A stretch of 64,000 nucleotides of DNA from Cyanophora paradoxa CCMP329. Its lineage: Eukaryota > Plantae > Glaucophyta. Under the pieces are notes generated by a model. It saw only the letters and a program-made list of their open reading frames with translations, had not been told where the DNA came from and did no database searches. A program made the translations under genes and the position numbers. This document shows positions 12,801 to 22,044 of the stretch, in pieces. Numbering within the stretch: the stretch's first letter is position 1; the number at the start of each line of letters is the position of its first letter. The DNA lies in contig QPMI01000043.1 in NCBI GenBank assembly GCA_004431415.1, positions 127,694 through 191,693 of the forward strand, written 5' to 3'.

Positions 12801-13128
12801 AATTCTATCTAAATATTCAATCACATCTACCACAACTTCCCTTCTGGCTCTGTATGTGAGCCAGCGATATAATTCATTCATGGCTGTTCCATCTTCTGCC
12901 TCTGGTTCTATTTGCCTCAGGCGATCGAGTTCATCAAGAGTCTCAACTTTGTCATAGAGGTTATTGGCTTTTCTGGTTAATTTTGCTAAAGTGGGTCTGC
13001 CCTTGAAATAAATCCGATTTCCCGGTCATATTCAGCCTCTGTGATTTCATGGGCTGCATACAGTGTTCCCAGTAATCCCATAAGTTCCCATTTCTTCTCT
13101 CTAATGAGTCTGTTGCTAATTCGGGCAT
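9888..13128 (-). CDS. polB: Protein-primed family B DNA polymerase (several 1-nt frameshifts, probably sequencing errors)
   Basis: FDANNLYG, KLMNNSIYGK, HDTDS; colinear with the intact copy 43538-46783; breaks mostly at shortened homopolymers. Confidence 0.92.
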
Positions 13129-13237
13129 AGTTCCTAACTTGTTCCTACTAAAAGGGGAGGTTTTAAATGGGGAATTCTGAACACAAAATTTGATGAAAAC
13201 TACTTAAAGAAATATCTTCTATATATATAAAAGGACA

Positions 13238-14053
13238 ATGGCAGAGAAGAAATCGTATTGCCTGGAAAAGCTCAAAGCGGCTTTAATGTTGCTTTGTGGA
13301 TCTGATAACTTCAATGATTATGTTGCTCTTGGAAGTAACAGGAAACCGCTCCCTCTTTGGGCAAAGCTTGCAAAATATGGATTAAGTGACTATGACCTGC
13401 CTCCAGAGTCTGAGCATTGCGCCTGTGATCATCCAATTAAAGAGCAATGCTATATTCTGCATGTTAATAAAAAGATTGTGGTCATTGTTGGGAATTGCTG
13501 CATTTTACGATTTATTCCAAAGGGTGCCAGAGGTCAAGATATATGTGAAAGATGTGGAGATCGGCATAAAAACCGAAAGGATAATTTCTGTAATAAGTGC
13601 AGGATTATCATAAAGGAGGAGGAATTGGAAAGAAAAAAGCAAATCCAGAAAGAAGCAGAGGAGCGAAAGAAACAACTTGAATTAGAAGAAAGAGAGCGAA
13701 GGCAGAGAGAATTAGAACAAGAAAGAGCAAGGAATAGACATGCAGTTAATCTTTTCCTGATTTGGTGCAACCAGTTCATTCCAAAAATGGATAATCTTCG
13801 CAGAGATGATATAGAGAGGTTCAGAGAGGGTAGATCTGCATTGATTGAAATGTATGCAGAACTCAGTACAACAAACACATTGGTTGCTGGGTTTCAGGTG
13901 CCTTTTCTTAAAAAAGATATCGCAAAAGGATTAGATTGCAGATGGAATAAGGACAAGAAAACATGGGAGACCTTGGAAATCGAACCATTTGTAGCATTGC
14001 TAGGTAAGCATTTCAAACTTATGTATATTGAGAGATTTGGACAGAGAGGTTAA
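13238..14053 (+). CDS. Hypothetical protein: Cys/His zinc-binding N-terminal region, coiled coil, DUF5710-like C-terminus
   Basis: CACDHPI...VGNCC; CERC...CNKC; VPFLKKDIAKGLDCRWNKDKKTW resembles DUF5710. Confidence 0.65.
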   Translation: MAEKKSYCLEKLKAALMLLCGSDNFNDYVALGSNRKPLPLWAKLAKYGLSDYDLPPESEHCACDHPIKEQCYILHVNKKIVVIVGNCCILRFIPKGARGQDICERCGDRHKNRKDNFCNKCRIIIKEEELERKKQIQKEAEERKKQLELEERERRQRELEQERARNRHAVNLFLIWCNQFIPKMDNLRRDDIERFREGRSALIEMYAELSTTNTLVAGFQVPFLKKDIAKGLDCRWNKDKKTWETLEIEPFVALLGKHFKLMYIERFGQRG

Positions 14054-14109
14054 AGAACAAAAAATGATTTAAAGAATTCTCTATATATATTAAGAGAGAC
14101 AGAGGAAAA

Positions 14110-14364
14110 ATGCCACTCAGTGAAGCCCAGAAGAGAGCTATGAAGAGGTACCAGCAAACTGAAAAAGGTAAGGCTCAAATCAAAAAGTTTAACGAAAAAA
14201 TAGCCACACAGCTTAGAGATCTATATCAAACCGATGATACCTATAGAGCCATGAAAATAGCAAGTTCATGTCAGCGAAAGTATGCAGCCAATGCAGTCTG
14301 CTTTGTCAAGTATTTGTATGATGTCCCTTACTCAAACAGAGGGAGAAAATCGAAACATGTCTAA
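14110..14364 (+). CDS. Small basic hypothetical protein
   Basis: 84-aa ORF with AAAATG start and upstream TTAAAG/TATATA motif. Confidence 0.55.
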   Translation: MPLSEAQKRAMKRYQQTEKGKAQIKKFNEKIATQLRDLYQTDDTYRAMKIASSCQRKYAANAVCFVKYLYDVPYSNRGRKSKHV

Positions 14365-14576
14365 ATTATTTTTCCCAGCATATTACTAGGCTGGGGATAT
14401 GCTGTTTATTCGCTGAAATACCCATTCATCCTTTTTGTATCTAAACCACTCGATAAGTCGTGTGGAAATATTTCGTAGGGATACTTTCTCGATTTCCAAC
14501 AAAAAATGATTGGGGGACCCAAAACTACTTAAAGAAAAATCTTCTATATATATAAAAGGGACCCCGATCGCTGAAA

Positions 14577-16904
14577 ATGAACGCCAAACAGACCAAGTTA
14601 ATCAAATCGCTCGCTTACTGGCTCAGATCTGATGAGGATCTAGCCAAAAACATGATTATCCCAGTGAAACCTGACAGCAAAGACCCTGTTTTCAAGCATA
14701 AGGGAGGTGCTTGGTCCTGGGAAAAGTATGAAGAAGCGCTGGCAACTAATCAGTATGTATCTTGGGGCATTCTGCTCTCAGACAACATGATGGTTATTGA
14801 CTTTGATGATGAGGAGAACTTTGAGAAATTCCGAGATATGTTTCCTGATGACTTTGATGCCAATCAACCCATGGCAAAAACTAAAAAAGGCTATCATGTC
14901 TACTTTAAACGACCTGAGGAGTTCACTAAACTCAAAATCACCGATAAGGCTCCAGGCTTTAAAGGCTTTGAAAAGGTTGACCTGAAAACAATCACTGGAA
15001 CTGGAACTTCTGGATTGATCAATGTGTGTCCCAGTGTCAACAAGGCTTGGGTGATCTCCCCATGGGATGATACCTGTGATTTCAATGAGCCTACTGATGA
15101 CTTCAAAAAGTGGATTATAGATAACTACATCTATAAGAGTGAGTATACTGCTAATGCTACCTCACATGATGAACTGGAAAACAATATTATCAAAGAGCTG
15201 GTGGATATGGGATTTATGCATCCCAATATAATCTCTAAAACTGAACTTGGCTTTAACTTTGATGCTGCTAACAAGGGACTCAATTGCCCATGCTGCAATG
15301 GTTCACATGAATCGAATAACTGGTATGTTATGAAAGCTAAAGGAGATGATAACAAATACATTGTGTCAAGCTACAGTGGAAATTGCAAAAAACGATTCAT
15401 CTGCATTGGAATGCAATCTGATATCTTCAATCTTATAGATAAATCCGCTGGTTCTGGTGGCGCTCATTATGATGTGAGTTTAGTATGCAAAGAGGTTCTT
15501 AAACATACATGGAGATACTCCAAAAAGTCATGGTTCAAACTCAATACTGATACTGGGATTTGGGAGCTTGATGACACAAACCTAAAGATTTACCTAGATA
15601 TAAGCCGTCTTGTTGTCCCCCAATACCTTGGGAGGGCTGTGCATTATAGTCAAAGAGCTTTAAAGGATGAGGAAAACAAAGCAGCTTTCGAAGAAAGATC
15701 CAAAACATTGATGACCATTGCCAAAAATCTTAAACAATCAGGATTTCGCAAATCCCTTCTGACTGACTTGGTCCCACTGCTGAATGATGATGAATTCTTT
15801 GAGAAGATTGACACTGTACCATATGTGATTGGATTCGAAAATGGTGTATTTGATCTGACAACTATGACTTTCAGAAAGGGGAAACTGGAAGATATGGTGA
15901 GCAAGACTGTGGGTTATGACTATACTGAAAATGTAGACCCCAAGAAAATAGAGCATCTCAATCAGATTTATAAAGAGATTGTGGATGATCCAGCAGAGCG
16001 AAAGTACCTTCTGGCATCCATTGCAATTGCTCTTAGTGGATCAACTAAATCCCAGAAGTTCTTCATGTGGACTGGTGCTGGTGCTAATGGGAAATCACTT
16101 GTTCAGGAAAACTGCAAACAAATATCTGGTCGTTATTACAGCCCTCTCGAAATATCCTATTGGACTAAGCCTAAAAAGAACTCATCAGAGGCTACTCCTG
16201 AACTTGCCAAACTCCTAGGAAAGCGACTTGTATTCAGTAATGAGGCTGAAGATGGTGATAAACTGCAGATCTCCAAGATTAAGGAGGTCACAGGTGGAAA
16301 TGAAATGACTGTGAGAGCCTTGTTCAAAGACCCAGTTATCCTTACCCCAATGTTTCAGGTCTACATTACAACTAATGACAATTTGACTATAAATAAACCA
16401 GACTTTGCAATTCAAAGAAGACTTTCCTATCAGAGATTCAATAATATATTCAGAGAGAAGCCAGAAGCTGGTCAAAAGAAAGCTGATCCAACTCTGTTCA
16501 CACTTCTTCACAATGATGATGAGTATAAGATGGCTCACATGAAGATATTACTGGATATGTGGAAAAACAAAGAGGTTGAAGAGATCTTAAGAAGTCCCCC
16601 TCAATCGATTATTGAACAGGGAATTAACTTTATAGCTGAAAATGATAAGATTGGTGAATGGCTTCGAGATAATTTCGAGGTTACACATAATGCTAACGAC
16701 TTTGTTTCCAGTGATATCATTTACAGATCATACAAAAGTGTTGATGATAAAGTTGAATGTGTATCTGTTATGAAAAGAGTAAGGGAAATCTTCAATGTTA
16801 AATCAGAAAGAAAACGAGTTAATGGTATTCTTGCCAGAGGATATATTGGGATTCGAAAGATAACAAGGGTTCAGGAAGACAATGAAGATGATGCCGAATA
16901 TTAA
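14577..16904 (+). CDS. Primase-helicase: bifunctional prim-pol N-terminal domain, Zn motif, D5-like SF3 helicase
   Basis: GILL...VIDFDD...TKKGYHVYF (prim-pol); CPCC..H..C; FENGVFDL (D5_N); Walker A GAGANGKS. Confidence 0.9.
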   Translation: MNAKQTKLIKSLAYWLRSDEDLAKNMIIPVKPDSKDPVFKHKGGAWSWEKYEEALATNQYVSWGILLSDNMMVIDFDDEENFEKFRDMFPDDFDANQPMAKTKKGYHVYFKRPEEFTKLKITDKAPGFKGFEKVDLKTITGTGTSGLINVCPSVNKAWVISPWDDTCDFNEPTDDFKKWIIDNYIYKSEYTANATSHDELENNIIKELVDMGFMHPNIISKTELGFNFDAANKGLNCPCCNGSHESNNWYVMKAKGDDNKYIVSSYSGNCKKRFICIGMQSDIFNLIDKSAGSGGAHYDVSLVCKEVLKHTWRYSKKSWFKLNTDTGIWELDDTNLKIYLDISRLVVPQYLGRAVHYSQRALKDEENKAAFEERSKTLMTIAKNLKQSGFRKSLLTDLVPLLNDDEFFEKIDTVPYVIGFENGVFDLTTMTFRKGKLEDMVSKTVGYDYTENVDPKKIEHLNQIYKEIVDDPAERKYLLASIAIALSGSTKSQKFFMWTGAGANGKSLVQENCKQISGRYYSPLEISYWTKPKKNSSEATPELAKLLGKRLVFSNEAEDGDKLQISKIKEVTGGNEMTVRALFKDPVILTPMFQVYITTNDNLTINKPDFAIQRRLSYQRFNNIFREKPEAGQKKADPTLFTLLHNDDEYKMAHMKILLDMWKNKEVEEILRSPPQSIIEQGINFIAENDKIGEWLRDNFEVTHNANDFVSSDIIYRSYKSVDDKVECVSVMKRVREIFNVKSERKRVNGILARGYIGIRKITRVQEDNEDDAEY

Positions 16905-16945
16905 AGAAAACGATTAATGATTGAGATTTACATATATTTTTATAG

Positions 16946-17066
16946 CCTTACTGAAAATGGTTTGTGTGACAGGTGTGACAGGTCCATCCCAAGGAAAGCC
17001 CTGGTGAAAAGTTGATTTTCAAAATCGATGGGATAGACCTGTCACACCTGTCACACCTGTCACACC
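16946..17066. promoter_or_regulatory. Internal iteron cassette A (putative origin) downstream of the primase-helicase
   Basis: GTGTGACAG x2, spacer, inverted x3; homologous to TIR 7899-8019. Confidence 0.65.
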
Positions 17067-17133
17067 TATCGAAAATGACCAAAATTTGACAAGAATACTT
17101 AAGGCTTACTTGATTGTGTATAGTGAAGACAAA

Positions 17134-17355
17134 ATGGCAAAGACTCTTGATGAGATGACCATGACTGAGTTAGATAAATGCATAAAGCATGGAGATATAG
17201 GGGCATATATCGAAATGTCACAGAGATTGATAGGTTACAATATGTATGCAGCTAAACCAAAGAGAAATAGATCAGTAAACATTCACATTACTGTTTCAGT
17301 GTCTGAGAATGCAAACAAAAAACAACAAAAGCATATTTACAAAACTTATCTGTGA
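17134..17355 (+). CDS. Small hypothetical protein
   Basis: In-frame AAAATG at 17134 within ORF 17086-17355, preceded by TACTTAAG motif. Confidence 0.45.
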   Translation: MAKTLDEMTMTELDKCIKHGDIGAYIEMSQRLIGYNMYAAKPKRNRSVNIHITVSVSENANKKQQKHIYKTYL

Positions 17356-17442
17356 CTTGATTGCAAGTATAAAGCCAATTCCTTTGTATATATTTTTATA
17401 GCTGCCTCAGTGGCATACTGAGACCGCTTTTTCTCAATTATC

Positions 17443-17688
17443 TTATAGACCTGGGGGTCCATTGCTACTTTCAGTAGGCAAATAATATTTAATCGGTCTC
17501 CCTCTTGGTCTCTGCTCCTCTTTTTGGGCTTTTCTGCGATAATAGGATGCCAGGGCTTGCTGCTTTTTATACTCTCTATATGCTGGGTCCTCTCTATATC
17601 GTTTCTGCATTGCTAGAATGTGTCTAATAGAACCCTCAGTAACAGGTTCATCACTGGTAAACTCGATTAAACTAATAGTATCCTCCAT
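17443..17688 (-). CDS. Small basic protein with AT-hook-like motif
   Basis: RPRGRP; conserved at 50730-50975. Confidence 0.7.
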   Translation of the reverse strand: MEDTISLIEFTSDEPVTEGSIRHILAMQKRYREDPAYREYKKQQALASYYRRKAQKEEQRPRGRPIKYYLPTESSNGPPGL

Positions 17689-17944
17689 TTATATTCCCAG
17701 AGAAAACGTTTTCTGCTGACAGAGAACTTCTCCTTGGATACTCCTGTTGCTCATATGTATACTCTGTGGGGTCTGCTGGCATTGACTCCACAGAAACTGT
17801 AGACCTCCTTCTCTCTCTTGCTTCTGAGGCATTATCCTCATTATCTGACATCTCAAACTCCACTGTTGTCTCACAACATCCACTGTGGCAATTGCTCACC
17901 ACATGCAGACTGAACATCTCGAAGAACTTTCGTATTATGTCCAT
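17672..17944 (-). CDS. Hypothetical protein with Cys-rich motif (SNCHSGCC)
   Basis: Conserved at 50959-51231. Confidence 0.65.
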   Translation of the reverse strand: MDIIRKFFEMFSLHVVSNCHSGCCETTVEFEMSDNEDNASEARERRRSTVSVESMPADPTEYTYEQQEYPRRSSLSAENVFSGNINGGYY

Positions 17945-17966
17945 ATCTCTAATAAAACAGAGATAA

Positions 17967-18701
17967 TTAAAGCCAAACTCGTCTTTTATATACTGTTGGG
18001 GCAACTCCCTTTTCTACTTCAGCTTTGGTGGCACCAGGTTCAATGGTTCCCTTTTGGGTTTTTGTTTTCATTTCATCTACTGCCTGCTCATCGATTTGGT
18101 TCTCTTTCTTAGCAATAAACTGTTTATCTGGGACACCAGTGATTCCCATTTTATAAACTTCCTTTCGAAGCATCTCCTTTAGCTTGGCTCTCTCTTTCTT
18201 CTCAGTAACATACTGCTCCAAGGCACTTGATTTGGCTTCCAGATCTTTGAGTTTAGCAGTCATCTCATCCCATTGAGCCTTGGGAATTCGATGAATATTT
18301 TGAGTGGGAGCAGTCTTGTATGTGACTTCACCAGCCATAGACTGAATTACCTTGTCTGATTCCTTACTAAGACCCTCACCTTTGCGAGCCAGTGAAAGAT
18401 CTTGCAAGCCTAAACCTTTGTCATCAGCAGCCCCAATAATTCGCCTGGCACCCTCAGCAACAGACTTCATCTTTGCTGTCTCAGGGGAAATGTTCAGTTG
18501 GTCAGCAGTTGAACTTTGTGGGGCTTTGTCATCGACTGATTCCTCATAGGCAGCATTTAGGGGGTCCTCTTCTTGCTGTGAGGGCTTTACCTCATTCATA
18601 CCATTGAATTTCAGTGGATCTGTGTTAATGGATCCATTGTTTCCACCACCTGAATAGCCAACAGCCCCAGCTGGAATCCCTATCTTTCGTTTGGGAGGCA
18701 T
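17967..18701 (-). CDS. Hypothetical protein (possible core protein)
   Basis: 244 aa, conserved with mostly synonymous changes at 51254-51988. Confidence 0.75.
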   Translation of the reverse strand: MPPKRKIGIPAGAVGYSGGGNNGSINTDPLKFNGMNEVKPSQQEEDPLNAAYEESVDDKAPQSSTADQLNISPETAKMKSVAEGARRIIGAADDKGLGLQDLSLARKGEGLSKESDKVIQSMAGEVTYKTAPTQNIHRIPKAQWDEMTAKLKDLEAKSSALEQYVTEKKERAKLKEMLRKEVYKMGITGVPDKQFIAKKENQIDEQAVDEMKTKTQKGTIEPGATKAEVEKGVAPTVYKRRVWL

Positions 18702-18729
18702 TGTATCTTTATTAGAATGAGAGATAATT

Positions 18730-19512
18730 TTATAAACCGCGTTTATATCGCATCAATTTATTGCTATGGACTTGGCTTTTCACTTCTTTGGGGGCTTCCT
18801 CTTTTTCTGGTGGTTTCAGTTCATCCTCTTTCTTTTTTGGCTTCCTGTGGAAGCGAGGAAATGGGAAATCTTTCACAAGCTCAGCTTTATCTACATAGTA
18901 TTTAACTGAGTAGTTTGCAGAGGACCAAATGATATATTGATAGGAGTGAACATACTCTTCAAACATCTTGTAGAAATCCTCTTTATTTCGCATTATATTG
19001 TATTCTTCCTCTATGGCTTCAAGTTCTTTGCGATTAGCAGCACTGAGAAACATAGCATAGTCAGAATTGACTCGAATAGTCGAAGAGACTTTTCTTAGCT
19101 TTTGTGTGATGCAGATAATGGATATTTTCGAATGGCGACCTCTGGAATACAGAGATCCGATTATTTTATCCCTTGTGAGATCGACTATCTCATTATCGAT
19201 TAAATCATCTAAAACTACACATAACTGGTTAACAGGTTCACCTTTCTCTATTTTCTCTTGCCTCTCATCTAGCAATTTAGCAATGTAAGGGGCATCCCAT
19301 TTTCCCAGTTGCAATGTTGCAACTTTATCCCAGAAATGATTGAAGCTGGTACCACTCACAACTAATACAACATCAATCTTTTTGGCATCATGCAACTGCT
19401 TCAACCAATACTTTACAGCTTCTGATTTACCAGTTGCTGATTTTCCTATTGCCAATACACGAAATGGTGGTTCTATCATTTCACCAGCCAAAAATTCATC
19501 CAAATCAGTCAT
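18730..19512 (-). CDS. A32-like (FtsK-HerA) genome-packaging ATPase
   Basis: Walker A GKSATGKS, Walker B VVLDD, RGRHSKISIICITQ. Confidence 0.92.
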   Translation of the reverse strand: MTDLDEFLAGEMIEPPFRVLAIGKSATGKSEAVKYWLKQLHDAKKIDVVLVVSGTSFNHFWDKVATLQLGKWDAPYIAKLLDERQEKIEKGEPVNQLCVVLDDLIDNEIVDLTRDKIIGSLYSRGRHSKISIICITQKLRKVSSTIRVNSDYAMFLSAANRKELEAIEEEYNIMRNKEDFYKMFEEYVHSYQYIIWSSANYSVKYYVDKAELVKDFPFPRFHRKPKKKEDELKPPEKEEAPKEVKSQVHSNKLMRYKRGL

Positions 19513-19571
19513 TGTTGTATATCTTTCTAAATAAAGACAGATAAAAATAATGCAGAGAGACTGAAAATGGT

Positions 19572-20513
19572 TTACAGGTTAGATAAGAATCGTTTAATGC
19601 AACCCTCTATATCTGTTTCAGTATATGGGATTCTTAGGAGTAATATGTTGTTGGCTTCACAGTATCTAGTTTTAATAGCATCATTTAGTTTTCGTTTCTC
19701 AAAATCCTGTTCCCCTCCAAAGTATTCAACAGGTTCAAAGTGTTGTTTTCCATCATATTCAATAGCTATTTTCAATGCAGGCATATAGAAATCGAAAGGG
19801 AGAACTCTTAGAGCCTTGCAGTCCTTGAAAGCATACTCTCTTTCGTACTCTAAGCCAATATTATTGAGGATGGAAGCAATTGCATTCTCTCCTTTAGAAG
19901 CTTTGCAAGCAATGCAGCCACTTCCCATTAAATGTACTCTTGCTTCCTGTTGGAATTCATTCAAGCAAATGTTGCATTTCAATTTGACGATACTAAACTT
20001 GTTTTTATATTCAACTTGACTATAATCATACTTGTCTCTATGGATGCTCTTTGCTTTTGAGATGAATTCCAAAGTATTGCTCCTCAATTTTGCACCCTTT
20101 TCCTGATGACCACATTTTCGACAACCTCGACCTCTAAGATGTGAATATGGCTCTTGCTGAAACACATTTCCACAACTCTTACATGTGATTGCTACCTTCA
20201 CTTTCGCATTTTTGTAATTTTGCTTTACCTGTGAATAATCGTACTTGTCACCATGAATTACTTGAGCTTCTTCTATGAACTTCTCGACTGGCTTTACAAA
20301 TAGGTTATGGTAGAGATCACTTTTGCAACTCTTACAACCTCCATTACCCTTTAGATGGTGGTGAGGTAAAGATGTGAAATCTTTCTGGCAAGTGTTACAG
20401 GTAACTGTTAAAACTGTTTTTGCATTTTTGTATTCTGTTTTCGCATACCCAAATTTGTCTCCATACTTACCCTTGCTTCGCTCAATGAAATCTGAAGTTG
20501 TAAGAGGCAGCAT
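19572..20513 (-). CDS. Endonuclease: three DUF723-like Zn-ribbon repeats plus Vsr/DUF559-like nuclease domain
   Basis: HGDKYDYS...CxxC...H..G.GCxxC repeats; FDFY...IAIEYDGKQH...LLRIPY. Confidence 0.8.
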   Translation of the reverse strand: MLPLTTSDFIERSKGKYGDKFGYAKTEYKNAKTVLTVTCNTCQKDFTSLPHHHLKGNGGCKSCKSDLYHNLFVKPVEKFIEEAQVIHGDKYDYSQVKQNYKNAKVKVAITCKSCGNVFQQEPYSHLRGRGCRKCGHQEKGAKLRSNTLEFISKAKSIHRDKYDYSQVEYKNKFSIVKLKCNICLNEFQQEARVHLMGSGCIACKASKGENAIASILNNIGLEYEREYAFKDCKALRVLPFDFYMPALKIAIEYDGKQHFEPVEYFGGEQDFEKRKLNDAIKTRYCEANNILLLRIPYTETDIEGCIKRFLSNL

Positions 20514-20624
20514 ATTGCTTTTATATTCTAAATGTGACTTCTCTTTAAATGATGAGAAGAAGATAAAAAGAAATCATTTTTTGCAGAACAATGCAGTAAA
20601 TACATACAATCTTTACTGTAGACT

Positions 20625-21991
20625 CTAAAGATTGATACGCCTCAAACCATCTTTGTCGACAATTATGAAACTATGCATTAAAGCGCGAACTTGAACATTG
20701 ATTGTCTTATCTGTGGGCATGTAGAGTGTGAGGAATGAAGATGAGGAATTAGTCAGGTCTACAAATCCACTTTGAGCAATATTTCGAATTGCCTTTTCTC
20801 CATCAAGGCAGAATGGGAGTCCTGAAAGGACATATTTATCTGCAACCTTATCCATGTTAGAGCATTTGAAGGCATCAGCAATTAGCTCAGCTCCTTTGAG
20901 TAGAGAAATTGGCTCAGTGGCAAAAAGTCGCTGTCCATTTATTTCAGTTGTGAATGTTATCTCTTTGGAGTTGGCATAGGTCTTAAGAACACTGTGGGAG
21001 CCATTGGATTTGTCAACAGTCTCATAATCACGAACTGAAACAAGCAGAGCATAGACAAGACCTGAGATTTGAGAGAGGTTAATTCGATTGGGCTGGGCAT
21101 TGCCCTTGGCAGGGAAAGCAATGGCATCTACAAATCCAATATCAAGGGAGGGAATAGCCATGCCAGTAGTCTTTACTTTTTCAATTACAGTAGCGAAAAG
21201 CTCATCAGAAACATTAATAGCATGCATGTAAAGGCGAGGAGAAGTAATTGAAATAGCAGGGGTTGTTGCACCAAGACTGAAAGTGGTGATGTTTTGACCA
21301 ACATGGGCAAGTGTAGCATTAGCAGTATCACCAAGACCATCATCTTCTGTCTTATCAGCAGCTGTCCCACCAACAACAGGGAGAGAGCGACCACCATAGG
21401 AAGTTTCAACATAACCCTTTCCAGCATCCTTAAACCAAACAGTAACAACCATTTCACCAGATAAAGCACCAAGGGGAAGGTAGTGATTTAGCCAAGGCAC
21501 TGGGATTTCAACGAAAAATGAGCCACCAAGTCGGTTGGTTCCATGAGCAGGGATTCCATGAACCATGCCCATTGAGCGTTTCTTTTTAGCTAGTTGATCC
21601 TCCGAATAATAGACCAGGGGAAATGAGCAAGGAAATCAGAAGGAATGTGGTAGGTGTAAGATCCATAGGTAATTTCAAGTCGCTGAACTAAAGCACCAAC
21701 TGGGCGAGTGTATCCATTGCGAACTAGATCTTCACCAGCAAAAGTGATTTCTGGTAGGTCGAAAGCAAGTTCGAGTTTTCCACAGAAATTGTAGCGAGGT
21801 AGCTTGAAGGAAATGCGATTTCCAACATTATTCTCAAAAGTATTGCTGGGATTCACAACAACTAGAACTGGCTTAGACTTGGATTCGAGACCAAGCATAA
21901 GGGAGTTATCCAGGAAAAAGGCTTTCGCCTCCTCTGGGGTTGTTAGGGCTTCTTTCAGCGAAAGTCTTTGAAGAGTGGAAGTGATATCCAT
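20625..21991 (-). CDS. Double-jelly-roll major capsid protein (1-nt frameshift at ~21617)
   Basis: ISFKLPR..GKLELAFDLP, LVQRLEITYG, FFVEIPVPW..YLPLGAL; G4 here vs G5 in element 2, which restores one ~455-aa ORF. Confidence 0.8.
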
Positions 21992-22044
21992 TATATTCTC
22001 TTTTATTATACTGCAACATAAAAAATCTACCAATGATCCTTAAT

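Noticed and set aside
21572-21620. Split MCP in both elements as a programmed frameshift
   Set aside because: Breaks are at different homopolymers in the two copies and each copy repairs the other
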